A stretch of 64,000 nt of DNA from positions 14,062,275 to 14,126,274 of the forward strand of contig NC_134032.1 of assembly GCF_964204645.1 (NCBI RefSeq). Reading direction: 5' to 3'. This document shows, piece after piece, positions 14,101-26,375 of the stretch. The notes beneath the pieces were generated by a model. That model did no database searches. It saw only the letters and a program-made list of their open reading frames with translations, and was not told where the DNA came from. Source of the DNA: Tubulanus polymorphus. Its lineage: Eukaryota > Animalia > Nemertea. Numbering within the stretch: position 1 is the stretch's first letter; every line of letters begins with the position of its first letter. A program made the position numbers and the translations under genes.

Positions 14101-17100
14101 CTGGAGCAGACACAGTGTCACTGGAGGTGCCTGGAGCAGACACAGTGTCACTGGAGGAGCCTGGAGCAGACAATGATACTGTATAGGAGCCTGGAGCAGA
14201 CACAGTGTCACTGGAGGTGCCTGGAGCAGACACAATGATACTGGAGGAGCCTGGAGCAGACACAATGATACTGGAGGAGCCTGGAGCAGACACAATGATA
14301 CTGGAGGAACCTGGAGCAGACACAGTGTCACTGGAGGAGCCTGGAGCAGACAATGATACTGTATAGGAGCCTGGAGCAGACACAGTGTCACTGGAGGTGC
14401 CTGGAGCAGACATAATGATACTGGAGGAACCTGGAGCAGACACAGTGATACTGGAGGAGCCTGGAGCAGACAATGATACTGTATAGGAGCCTGGAGCGGA
14501 CACAGTATCACTGGAGGAGCCTGGAGCAGACACAATGATATTGGAGGAGCCTGGAGCAGACAATGATACTGTATAGGAGCCTGGAGCAGACACAATGATA
14601 CTGGAGGAGCTTGGAGCAGACACAATGATACTGGAGGAGACTGGAGCAGACAATGATACTGTATAGGAGCCTGGAGCAGACACAGTATCACTGGAGGAGC
14701 CTGGAGCAGACACAGTATCACTGGAGGAGCCTGGAGCAGACACAGTGATACTGGAGGAGCCTGGAGCAGACACAGTATCACTGGAGGAGCCTGGAGCAGA
14801 CACAGTGATACTGGAGGAGCCTGGAGCAGACACAGTATCACTGGAGGAGCCTGGAGCAGACACAGTATCACTGGAGGAACCTGGAGCAGACACAGTGTCA
14901 CGGGAGGTGCCTGGAGCAGACACAGCTATATCGGGGCTGATAAAATGACCTGTTTAGTTATTTTCTATTTATAGGTGGCGTAGGTAACCGCGGCACGAGA
15001 TGTGAAACATTACGAGCACGTCGCCTGGAGCAACCAACAATCGTTGGTTCGTTTACTCCACGGTGTACGCCGAACGGAGACTTTCAGCTCATACAGTGTC
15101 TCGGTAGCACCGGTTACTGTTGGTGCGTCGATTCAAAAACCGGTAAAGAACAACCGTATACACGGAAACGCGGTGAAGTAGATATTTCAACTTGTATCAC
15201 CGGTAAGTAATATTTTTACCACTCACTAGAGGGCGTTAGTGCAGAATGTCGGGGATTTTAACTGGGTTCAATAATTGTCATTTATATCTGACACAAGATC
15301 TATCAGATTTTCCGATATTTGGTATTTGTAAGGGCCACCTTACTGATGATGTGAGCTTGACAGTGCTGCCACCTGTTAGTAAGATAGGTTGAGAGAGGCG
15401 CCACCTGGTAGATGGGTCTGATTATAAGATTAATTTATTTTCAGATGATCCGAGAACTGGGCAACGAAAATCAGAAGGCGATAAACAAAATCTACCACAA
15501 TCCGTAAATATTCTAATAAATAAGTCAAAAAACGCCGTAAACACTCTAAACTTATGAACATGAATTGTGATGATGATATTATTAATGTGTGTGTGCATTG
15601 TTTACGAGTAACTCTGTTAACGGGGCTCGGATTCACATAAGTCACTTTTTGACTATAAGACTCCATACCTTAAAAAAATTCATCCGAAATCCTGTCAATT
15701 TTTCTATTCATTCATTGTTTGCATCTATTTCAGGAGCCAGTTCCCGGGCCAGAAAAATCTGCTAAAAACGATAAACAAAAAACTGAGGATCAGAAGGGAT
15801 ATAGCTCGATGCCAGGTGAGAGTAGCTGCTGACCCCTAGTGGCTGTCACGATAAACACATCGCATGTGAAATCCAGCGCCCATTGTGAGGGGTTTATAGC
15901 ATGTAGCCCTCTAGTGGTGGCTATTCGAACCGGTGGTGGAATGCGCATGTTTTGATCCTAGACGCTTTCTCTTTGTAGGAAAATAAACCCAAAAACGGCA
16001 AATACCCTAAAAAAACAGTTGTAATCTTTCTAAAATGTTTAACGTGTCGTTTCTGGGTTTTCTTACAATTTTGGAACAAATTGTTCTAAATTTGCTTTTG
16101 CCTCTTGTTCGACCTTGACATTGGGGGCATATAACTGCTCTGTATATGTGTCGGTGCTCTCTCTCCCTCTCTTTCTCTTTTCTTCTCAGAATTTTGACAT
16201 CTTTTTTTTTCGCTTGTTTCTTCCCGTCGATGTTTAGACAAACCGGCGGCTGAGGGTAAACCGGAACATCAAAACGACGAAGGTGAAGGTCAATCGGGCG
16301 GTGCTGCTCCCGATGGTGGTACTGGTCAAACTGCTCCTAGCACGGCTCTTATGGATAAACCAGGAATACTAGCAGGTATTGAAACAAAGTAGTCGAGCGT
16401 ACCACCGGAAAATTCGGTTTTACCAAGCCACACATTTCGTATTTCACAAATAAAGAAAAAAACACCAATTTTTGGCTTTGTGCCAATATGAAAAATGTGA
16501 AGGGTTTTCTGGTGCTTTTAGCATGTTAAAAAACTTTTTACTACTTTCAATCAGATTTTGGTGAAATTTTTTGCTTAGGGAATGAGTTTTTACTTTGTCG
16601 GCAACTTTTTTTTAACAGAATTCTACATTTTTCAATCAGTTTTCATTAATTGCCGGCTTTGACCACAGCGGGTTCACTTTCACCCCTACCCACCCAGTCC
16701 GAATTACAGTGTAACCGATATGTAACCTGTGTTTTATGATGTATCAGCTCCACCTTGTGTCAGCTCCCCCTAGTGTCCATTCAATTAACTATTGTTCACT
16801 TGTATCGGCTCGACTAGTATCCACTCAGAAAACTGTTAATCGCAAAATATATCAGCTCCACCTAGTATCCACTCAGTTAACTATTATTTGCAAAATATAT
16901 CAGCTCCACCTAGTATCCACTCAGTAAACTAGTATTCACAATATATACCAGCTCCACCTAGTGTCGACTCAATAAGCTATTATTTGCAAAATATATCAGC
17001 TCCACCTAGTATCCACTCTGTAAACTAGTATTCACAATATATATCAGCTCCACCTAGTGTCGACTCAGTAAACTATTATTCACAAAATATATCAGCTACA

Positions 17101-17494
17101 CATAGTATCCACTCAGTAAACTAGTATTCACTATATATATCAGCTCCACCTAGTGTCCACTCAGTAAACTAGTATTCACAATATATATCAGCTCCACCAA
17201 GTGATGACTTATAACTTATATAAACTTATATCCCTGTCAACAACTTATAAAATACATAATTTCATTGCAGTCTACAAACAATGCGTCATCATCTCTAATT
17301 TTGATTTGTTTTTTTGTATGATAGGAATTGTAGGTGGCGCTCTAGTAGGAGTATTCTGCGCTATTTTACTCGTGTTGTTCATCGTTTATCGGATGCGTAA
17401 GAAAGACGAAGGTTCGTACGCGTTGGACGAGCCAAAAAACAGTCCGGCCTTACATCAATATCAGAAAGCACCGACTCGTGAATTCTACGCATAA
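5180..17494 (+). CDS. SDC: Syndecan (transmembrane heparan-sulfate proteoglycan), 5'-partial, with a thyroglobulin type-1 domain exon
   Basis: Phase-compatible AG/GT exons: 5180-5269 (less certain), 5691-5799 (acidic, three Ser-Gly sites: QGSGY, SSSGA, ESSGN), 14975-15202 (Tg1), 15445-15503 (possible alternative donor 15536), 15734-15815, 16238-16375, 17325-17494. The last exon encodes the TM helix and the diagnostic tail [17 protein letters not shown]...PTREFYA. The signal-peptide exon of the long form was not found in the window. Confidence 0.93.
7196..7790. repeat. Minisatellite, 30-bp unit TGCTATATCCCCTCACAGGGTGGGTCTATC, ~19 copies
   Basis: Near-perfect tandem array in a syndecan intron; explains ORFs 7156 and 7220. 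Confidence 0.97.
8610..8835. repeat. Minisatellite, ~34-bp unit containing AGATGGCGCTAGTGTAG
   Basis: About 7 tandem units visible. Confidence 0.85.
9235..9355 (+). CDS. SDC: Alternative first coding exon of syndecan with its own signal peptide
   Basis: ATG 9235 gives [40 protein letters not shown] and ends in a phase-1 donor (AAAG|GTACGT), compatible with the phase-1 acceptor at 14975. TATATAAAAA at 8977-8986 upstream. Confidence 0.7.
9725..10130. repeat. Minisatellite, 50-bp unit
   Basis: GGGCAC(C/T)AGACTGCCCAT...GTTAGTTGTT repeated ~8 times. Confidence 0.9.
11230..11465. repeat. 10-bp-unit repeat (CCACTCTGNC)
   Basis: Visible tandem units; explains ORF 11216-11434. Confidence 0.9.
11867..11975. 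mobile_element. Hairpin MITE, PIF/Harbinger-like
   Basis: Long imperfect TIRs GGGCCAGTTTTATAGACTGGTAT / ATACCAGTCTATTAAACTGGCCC, with CAG on both flanks (3-bp TSD). Superfamily assignment is inferred. Confidence 0.7.
12160..12890. repeat. Minisatellite, 34-bp unit AGACTCTATATTTGACACTCCTCACCGCCCGTAC, ~21 copies
   Basis: Visible tandem array. Confidence 0.97.
13570..14925. repeat. Minisatellite, 30-bp unit (CTGGAGCAGACA...GGAGC) with interspersed variants, ~45 copies
   Basis: Ends ~50 bp before the Tg1 exon acceptor; explains the six overlapping periodic ORFs at 13540-14948. Confidence 0.97.
14975..15202 (+). CDS. Thyroglobulin type-1 domain exon (phase 1/1) within syndecan
   Basis: Translates [76 protein letters not shown]. 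All six Cys plus the QC and CWCV signatures are present. Splice sites TATAG| and |GTAAGT; 228 nt. Absent from the ORF track. Confidence 0.9.
16840..17200. repeat. Minisatellite, ~47-bp unit (ATATCAGCTCCACCTAGT...)
   Basis: Visible tandem units. Confidence 0.85.
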
Positions 17495-18559
17495 CACCTC
17501 CCTCCTACGACGCCCCCCTTCTCTTCCACCCCCTGCCCGAACAACAACCCCCGTCGTTATATCAGACTGTGCATTATGGGAAGAAATTGAAGCCGCCTTC
17601 TCGATGAATCGGGACGTGAGATTCCCTGCGAACGTTTCAATTCAGAGTAAAAAATTCAACTCAGAGTAATTTCATTGAGTTTAAACTCGGCTCAGATATT
17701 TTGAAGGCGTTAAACTTTGAGAACTTCAAGGAGTTAAGTTGTAATTCATAGAGTTAATTTTCGAGGAGTTAAACTCGTGTAGTAATCCAGCGATTTGAGC
17801 GATGAATAATTTTTTTGGTTAAAATCAGCAAGTTTGGATGATTGAAATATTCGAAAAGGTAATCCATGTTTACCCCATGAAAAAAGTGATTTGCCAAAGT
17901 TAAAACGTAATTAATTCAATGAATTTTTCAAAAAAATTACAACGACACCGCGAAGGCATTTCCTGGACCCGCTGGTCTGATTTTGTAAAATTTGACTTTG
18001 AGTTTATTCATTGATAATGAACTAATAACAACTCGAGAATCAACTCTTTAACTCGCAGCGGTAGAACCAATTTAACGACTTCAAGAAACAACGCAACAAT
18101 AGTTGATCAATCTTCCAGTAACCATTAGCGATATCATCATCGTCTTGTAGAAAACTTGCGAAAAGGAATTTTTTACGAAAAGTTAAAGAAAATATTGTGT
18201 AAATACAATGAATTGAAAAACAGAACATAAGATATATTTAAATATATATCTTATATCATTGCCGTATGATGTCAATTGTCTTGTGATTTATATCTTTGGA
18301 TGCAATTCGTTAAAAATAAGGTTAATTGATAATTAATTGATTGATTGATTTTAGACGAGCCTGTTAATTGAGGAGTGTATGTGTCGAGTGTGTCCGCGTG
18401 CGTTTTATTGTAAATATCGTGTTTAAAAATAGAATATCTCTCTTTTAATTACGTATATGATTTTAATTTCTGCTATTAATGTTTGAACAGTAAACAGGGA
18501 AAAGTGTTGGTAATTTTTTGCTTACACCAGAGATGGTTGGTTACTGATGGGTAACCAGC

Positions 18560-18910
18560 TTGCTTCTGTGACTAGGACTGGCTACTGTATGACTAGGGCT
18601 GGCTACTATCTGACCAGAGTTGGCTACTCTCAGACTAGGGCTGGCTACTGTCTGACTAGGGCTGGTTACTGTCTGACCAGGGCTGGTTACTGTCTGTCCA
18701 TGGCTGGCTACTGTCTGATTAGGGCTGGCTTCTTTGACTAGAACAGGCAAATGTATGACTAGGGCTGGTTACTGTCTGTCCATGGCTGGCTACTGTCTGA
18801 CTAGGGCTGGCTACTGTCTGACTAGGGCTGGCCACTGTCTGACTAGGGCTGGCTACTGTCTGATTAGGGCTGGCTACTGTCTGATTAGGGCTGGCTACTG
18901 TCTGACAAGG
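18560..18910. repeat. 21-bp-unit repeat (GACTAGGGCTGGCTACTGTCT), in the presumed syndecan 3' UTR
   Basis: Visible tandem units; explains the 7-aa periodic ORFs at 18541-18952. Confidence 0.9.
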
Positions 18911-20603
18911 GTTGAGTTTCATGAAAAAGTTTACCTAAGCTTAAAATGGTAAAGTTTGAATATGTGAAGTAAACTGTACCAAAACAACATTGAGTTGTGC
19001 CGGGCGATGCCCAGCTTGGGCCGATTGATTGATGGTATTAAGTAAATTTTACGGGTCAAGTGAATAATTGAATTATGATTTTATTTATTTTCAGCTGCTG
19101 AATTCTAAATATGATTTTATTTACTTCACATTTTGACGAAAAAGTCATTTTCTTTCTTTCCATGAGACTTGAATCCCGTCGAATTCTGTATACATTTACT
19201 TTTTAATATCCGTGATTTATAACGCTGTTGCTATGGCAGGTATCTACGTTCCGTTGATTACGGCATCGCTTAAGTTGTATTGGCGCCGTGGTGATGTAAA
19301 TTCGCGTTGCTACGGTGATATATATCGACCATTGTTGTATGCTACTACTAAACGATAAACTCGTAAAACTTGTAAAAAGAAAAAAAAAAACATTCGAAGA
19401 AGATAGAAAATGTTTTGAGTTTTTTTGTAATACATCGAAAGACGGAATGAGTTTTGACGTCCGTCGAGGAGCGACGAATTGTTTTGAGATTTGAAAAGTT
19501 TTTTTGTCATCGATTTGATGAGAATTTTTCTGTAATTGCTCTGCGCATGTACAATGTAACTACAGTAAACCTCGTCTTGCTCGACTTTTGGCCGACTTTC
19601 GCCGAACTCGGTCAAAAATGAAATCCACTTTCCGAGTTTTCCGATCCTTTAATTCGGACTTCGCTAACCTCGGATCAATTTTACCAGTCCCAGACGTGGG
19701 CCAGGTTTACTGTATATACAATGTAGCTGCTGCTTATATATACATATATATTAAACTACATTGTAATACAGTGTATGGCTGAAACAATGTTTTATAAGTG
19801 ACTGAAATACAAATTGTACCATGTTTATATTATTGTAATAGCTGTTTTATATACATAAATAATGATACATTATAAACACATGTTACCGGTGACCTCTTTA
19901 TAACATAGACAGGTGTTACCGATAAATGAGGTCACGAGGCCATGACGGTGTTATAGAGAGGTTGTTGTACAGGTGTTACAGAGAGGTCTGTAAAGCAGTA
20001 TAGGTGTTATAGCGATGTATGAGAGGCTGTGTTATATAGTGAGGTCTAGATGTTAGATGTTATGAAGAGGTCTTGTTACATAGTCATTTCATTCCCATCA
20101 TATATAGAATTATTAATGAAAATAGGACTGCTTTATGATATTTGCTTTTTTCTGAAGAGGCCAAACAAATAAAATCTTTGGTTTACGCTGGTCCAGAAAG
20201 TACGTAGACCCCCTTAACCGGGTATGGGTACCGATTTTACAATTTACACAACGGTTTCAACTGTGAAATGTTTATATAGCCAAAACTACCGAATGTGGGG
20301 ATGTATTCAGCGTTGAAAACATTAAGCTCTCCGCGGGATCTGACTAAACATAGGCGACATCTGGTGGAATTACTACGTACTATTATAGGAATAGTTTTCT
20401 TCCAACACTTTTTTATGTTGAACTGAATTTTTAAATTTTTTTCGTCTTCCACCGAATATTTTTTCGTTTTATGTCGCCGCGGATTTTAAATTTTTGAAAT
20501 TTAAGCGTCGGTTGAAGAATGAGAACGTGTTTCGTAATTTATGTAAAATGAAATTGTCGTTCGAAATTCGTAATGGAAATATATTTTTCAAATTTGTCGA
20601 TCC

Positions 20604-20752
20604 GGTTCCACAGTTCTGGACCCAGTTCCACAGTTCTAGATTCAGTTCCACAGTTCAGGACCCAGTTCCACAGTTCAGGATCCAGTTCCACAGTTCAGAA
20701 CCCAGTTCCACAGTTCTAGATTCAGTTCCACAGTTCTGAGATCAGTTCCACA
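20604..20752. repeat. 20-bp-unit repeat (CCAGTTCCACAGTTCAGGA), resembling the local MITE terminal motif
   Basis: Visible tandem units; the same motif starts the MITE at ~37680. Confidence 0.8.
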
Positions 20753-21007
20753 AACCTAATTCACATCTGTAAAACTGGATCCTGGAATATCTTGAGATCA
20801 TGTTTTAAAATCAAGCACTAGTTTATTTTTCATTTTAATCCCATTTTTCGGATAATAATTTTTTTTAATTAACACACCTGTGAAATAACGTGTGCTGATT
20901 GGCTGAAGCCAGAGGCGGCCATTTTGTTTCTTTTTTTTACTGATGTCTACTAAAACTGCATTGATTAAATGTTTAAAAAAACTAAAATATTGCTGAAAAT
21001 TATCGTC

Positions 21008-21017
21008 ATTATTATTA

Positions 21018-21069
<52 letters not shown>

Positions 21070-21090
21070 CATTATTATTATTATTATTAT
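21008..21090. repeat. (ATT)n microsatellite
   Basis: Direct observation. Confidence 0.95.
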
Positions 21091-21699
21091 ATAATGAAAG
21101 TCCTAATAAATAATAAAATCATTTTGTTATATGAAAAAAATTCTAGCCTTTGAGTTGTGTGAAAGTTTTTCTGAATGATGAAGACTTAGTCAGTTTATGC
21201 CGAACCCCGGAGGACAGTTTGTGGTTTCATCATCCGAGTTTCAAGAGTTCAAGTTTATTTTCCATTTATATACGATTAAGAAAATACATGGTAATCAGTA
21301 TACATTATTGTTTACTGCAAAAAAAAGATTATGGCAGAATGCATGGAAGCCAATTCAGACCGTTAATCCGAAAGACCTATGCACCCTCAGAACTAGTCAG
21401 TAACCTGACTGTGGTTTAGTTTCACGATCGGATATTTTCACAAACCACAGTATATTTTTGAAGTGTTACTTTTTTCAACCGTGTTTTGGCCCTTGTCATC
21501 CCTAACGTTGGTATAAGCTCATCCGATTATAAAAAGCTTACCACCAACGATTAGGTAACTAACTACCTCAGAACAGACCCTGAAAAAACAATACCCTAGA
21601 ATATCTCGCAATGGACCACTCATAGGTAAGAATTATAGTGGGTATTGTTAGTGAATAAGGGGCATAAAATTACTGGTCACCAATTGCGCTCAGTGTTGA

Positions 21700-21988
21700 T
21701 CCAGTGGTCTAGTGATAAGCGCGTTAGCCTGAGACGCCACGGTCCCGGGTTCGAATCCTCCTCGATCGTCCCTCTGTTTTTTGCCCATTTAAAGGGAAAA
21801 ATCGCACTTGGCCTAGCGCAAACAACCCCAAACCCCTGTGCTGAAGGCCCGCTGTTCGAGGAGTCTCTGGCAGTCGGGGAATCAGCAGACGACTGGCAGC
21901 TGCGAGGGTTAACCGTTAATGGGGTAGTGTTGTATTGATATAAGAGATTAATGATGCGAAACATCTAATCGGGCAGCATCATCATCAA
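21700..21988 (+). mobile_element. tRNA-derived SINE
   Basis: A-box-like TGGTCTAGTGA, B-box GGTTCGAATCC at ~21748, ~230-bp body and (CAT)n tail. Confidence 0.6.
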
Positions 21989-23371
21989 CTGATACGGGGA
22001 GAGGGGATGCTGAGATTGACGACTATGAATCGGTTGCAGCAACGGCTATTTATATATTTTTACGTTTAACGCTCTGCCCATCCTCGCGTGCCGGGGATAC
22101 TTCCGTCTGAGATGTGATTTGAAAAAAAGCTTAGGAATTCCGGGAATTTTAATCCAAGGATTTTACCGGAATATTTGAAAAAAAAGAAACCATCAAATTC
22201 CACCATATTACAGGAACCATCTCCACAGTCAGAACTTATCAGACGATCGTACGGGTTACGCATACCCCTGACAATGGCAGTTAACCAATTAGATGAAAAT
22301 TATATATTTATTACTCTGCCGTTACACAAACTGGTCTGATGGAAAACATGATTTTACAAAAATGAATTACCAAATGTCAGTCTACTGGCTATTGATCATT
22401 TAGACACAATTCATACTGTTTAATTATTTAGATTGATTAATTATCGGACTAATTAAACGCTTTCTGATTAATAAATTATATCTATTTCTGAGATAGCGGG
22501 AAGGTGGAGGGCTCGTCGCTAGGGGTGGTGGGTGAAGGTATTCGGATCGGAGTACGCGTAAGATAGAGTCTATTATTTCATTATATCAAAGTTTATTCAG
22601 CGAAGAAAAACAATACACGCGATAAACACGTAACACAGACACAATGTGGTATTTACCGATATACTATAGCGATAAGGAGGGGTGAAGGGAGGGGAGGGAG
22701 GGGGAAGGGGATAGAGACAGGGAGAGGGTTACCACAGCAGCAGCGCTGCACAATACCCACTTAACGCTACCTGCGCAAGTCGGCCGCCGTCTGCAAGGAG
22801 AGACTTAACCACCCCATGAGACGCGGCGGTACTGGGAGTGATAATTCGAAATAATTCTGGTGTTATAATCGGCTTATCTCTAAATCTACTGCGTGTAACA
22901 GGTAAGATCGAACAAATAGGTTAATTCATTCTTGGGTTGATAATAACCGCAATTCTAGACATTAATTAATTCGTTTCGGGAAACGTCTGCCATATATATA
23001 TATACGTGTGTGTATCATGCCTCTACCACCTATCCGTCCGTACCAACTCTGTGAGATATAGAAAAGCGCGCGAAACAGTTACGATATTTTAGTAAACAAT
23101 CTGAGACAAATTTCTTTTTCAAATTTATCGTTTTATCACCATGGTAACGTGATAAGAAAAGCACCTACGGTAGGAATTCTATCGAGAAAGAATATTGTCA
23201 GGACTGCGCGCATGCGTGGCTCGACAAAATGTTCGAATTTAGGGCCCGGATCCAGTTCGAATAGAACAGTTGAAATATTCGAAACGAATTTTCGAACGTC
23301 AAACGCTGTGGGAATGCACCGTCGGCAGTCCCTGCCCAGTGGTCTCCAACTGGTCCGCTTATACTAACCTG

Positions 23372-23505
23372 ATGAGAGCTGCACTGTCCGACTCAACAAG
23401 GGCTGCGTACGTACAACCGGGCATGGGCGAAACTCCAGCATTTTGGCGTAACTACCGGTCTCCGAGTGTCCCTTCCAGTCCCCAGCTCGGTCATGGCCTA
23501 TTTTG
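23372..23505 (+). pseudogene. Relic of a DIRS/Ngaro-type tyrosine recombinase N-terminal domain
   Basis: MRAALSDSTRAAY, then a 4-bp GTAC duplication frameshift, then NRAWAKLQHFGVTTGLRVSLPVPSSVMAYF. This matches my recollection of the 'AL..ST..aY..aW..F...lPv' pattern of YR retroelements. Confidence 0.5.
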
Positions 23506-24244
23506 AATTGGCGCATAAACAAAAATATTTATATACATATATATCCCAACTAGAACTTATGACTTCAGACCTGCCACCATCGTACCCCGGTTACACAGAC
23601 AGTTCCGACTCAAGATTCTAAAATTAATTGAAAATGAACAAATTTTAAAAGCTTTTATAGAATCAAACAAACTAAACCAGGGTCCGTTTTACTGTTTTTT
23701 TTATCACGTCAGTTTTCTGCTTTAATGCAATCATATAAAGATGTTCCAGCATATTTCGCGAGTGCTATATTTTTGGAGCGTCCTGTGCTATGCATACTAT
23801 GGTTTGGTTATTATTAATGATAACTTATATCCATAAACGAATTTTGGATATTTTAATCGTGTATGTATGGAAGTGTTTGGCCCTCCTGTATGTTATGAGA
23901 CACTGCGCGTAGTTTTCACGAGACAGCCGCCCCGCGGGGGGTTAAAACTATGTACATTTGTCAACGCTAGCGATAACAAAAGAGCAAAGCAGAAAAAAAC
24001 AGGACACAACGAGAGAAAAAAGGTAAAACACGGAACCACGATTGTTCAAATATAGCTATATATGTTCCGCTTCAATAGACAGAACAACATACACGCATAC
24101 ATGCACATATCAATTTTTAACGGCTCAACAGTGATTTAAAATTCGAAAATAACGATCAGATTCGCAGATAGTTTTTAGGAGTTGAAATTAGTTCATTTCC
24201 AATGAGTGATCTCCTAGTCAAATCTTTTCTCACGACGAGGGGTC

Positions 24245-24672
24245 CTGGGGCTGGGTTCCATAGTCAAGACTTAAGACCAGAAGTGGTCCTTAAAAGTAAA
24301 CCTTATTGTTAGATTGGCTATTGAACTAAGTTTGGGTTTGTCTTGGACTGGTCATAAGCCATGACTAAGGAACCGGCTCCTGGGGCCAGTTGCATAGTCA
24401 TGGCTTAGACTTAAGACCAGTCTAAGACCAACTTAGTTCTATAGCTAATCTAACAACTTAAGACCAGTCTTAAGATTTAAGACCACTTTTGGACTTAAGT
24501 CGCGACTGTGCAACTGGCCCTTGGGGCTGGGTTCCATATTCAAGACTTAAGACCAAAAGTGGTCCTTAAAAGTTAAACCTTTAGACTGATCTTAAGTTGT
24601 TAGATTGCCTATTGAACTATATAAGTTTGTCTTAGACTGATCATAAGCTATGACTAAGGAACTGGCTCCTGG
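24245..24672. mobile_element. Cluster of three adjacent related MITEs
   Basis: The central copy 24383-24520 has TIRs GGGCCAGTTGCA / TGCAACTGGCCC. Related TAAGACC-rich copies occur at ~44640-44757, ~47652-47770 and ~49085-49210. Confidence 0.75.
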
Positions 24673-26265
24673 TCCTTGTGAGGGGTCTTAATGCGGGGCT
24701 ACTAGAAGACCCTCGAAATAAAATCCTCAGTCATCATTATGCAATTAATGTAAAAATGGGACGATATTTTGTTGATCAAGAAATTTATATTCAAAATTCA
24801 AAATTCAAATTCATTTATACATCATAAGTCAAGAGTACCTGATTGTGAATAAAATTGTTTAAAAAACACAGAAAGAGATGAACAATATAAACAGCGTAGA
24901 GAAGAGAGAAACATTACGATATAAAATCTAATATGAGCAATATCTAATAAAAAAAATCTTTAAAAATCTATTAAAATATCGAATTGAAAGGAGCTGCTCT
25001 TTTGTCAAATAATGCCATTTCGTTGTTGAGAATTCTAGAAAGGTGTTTTTATGCCTGTCAAAGGGCTACCAGAATACCATATATATCCTTTTCTAATTGA
25101 TTTGCCTTAAGAGAATAGGCACTAAGCTCTCGAATCTTGCCTCTGGACACAAGGGCTATATACAGGTATTTAGCAAGAAATCTCAAGTGGATAAAGCGTA
25201 GACGCCGTGGCTAAAGGGGCCAATCTTAGAGACCTGCATACAAATATGTATAAAACTATTTCAGAAGTCTTAATCATAATAGCCTAATGTCTCATTCAAT
25301 TTGTAACCTTTACAATTCTGTATATGGTTATTTGGCTGGCAGGTCCAATCAGTGTTTAATGGATTGCGGTCGGTGTCGGTTCTGGTGGCTGTCGAAAATG
25401 ATTTTTATCACAGAGACCCGTATCTCCTGATACAGACACACGTCGAGGCAGAGAATGGGATCTATACATTATCGCTGTTATTAGCACCAACCAGAAAATT
25501 CACACGTATTCAGATATTACATAAGAGATCATACTACACAGCAGACTGCTATAGCAGTCGAGGGATTGGACCCAGAGATTCAGACGGCGGAGATCAGAGA
25601 AGGCACGGGAGCAGACCACTGGCAGTTGAGTACAGTCATTTTCAGTAGAGATCACAAGAAAAGTCTACACAAGAAACCACGAAAAGGAATTCTAAAAGAT
25701 CGTTAGTACTTTGTACTTGTGAAGAACTTTGCGCAATACGTTATGCGTTCATCAAAGGATATCTTGTTTAAGAAAGTTAAACCTGGGTCGTCAGATAAAT
25801 TCCATGTTTACAAACAAACATTAGTTTTTTATTTGTTGGTTTTTTGTAAATATTTCTGAGAGCGCATTCTTTTGTGCGTATATACATTCGACATTCGACG
25901 TTCGACTTTCGAGACACAATTCAGAGTATTATTATCTCTGAGCTCGCGCACACGCGCGCCCGATGTGAGTGCTCACTCAATTCTCGATGGGATTAGGATT
26001 AATTGAAAAGGATTATGAGAAAAACGGATTAATGAAAAACTCCCCAGAGCGTAAGATAAAAGCGCCCGGTGAACCAATACATCGACAACTAAGGGGGTCG
26101 CCACGTCACAGACCTTATTCAGTTAAATACGGCTGTTATTTGACCAGTACAAACAATTAGGTCTATTAACTCTGATAGCAAGTCACCCAGACACAACAGG
26201 TAAGCGAGATAGCATTGCGGTTATTTTTCGCTAGGAACGATTACGAATTAATGATGAAACACTCC

Positions 26266-26375
26266 GGGCCCAATTTCACAAAAAATGATTGAGGCCTAAA
26301 TCGATTTAGGATAAAATGAATCAATGTACAAATTAAATCGATTAAAGGGTCAAACCTTTTTGTGAAACTGGGCCC
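26266..26375. mobile_element. Hairpin MITE
   Basis: TIRs GGGCCCAATTTCACAAAAA / TTTTTGTGAAACTGGGCCC. Confidence 0.7.

Noticed and set aside
7196-14925. 30-34-bp arrays as CRISPR-like
   Set aside because: Units are contiguous with no unique spacers, there are no cas genes, and the context is eukaryotic.
914-18952. Long periodic ORFs (914, 4486, 7156, 7220, 11216, 13540-14948, 18541-18952) as proteins
   Set aside because: They coincide with tandem arrays, are often open in several frames or strands, and lie in introns or UTR without supporting splice structure.
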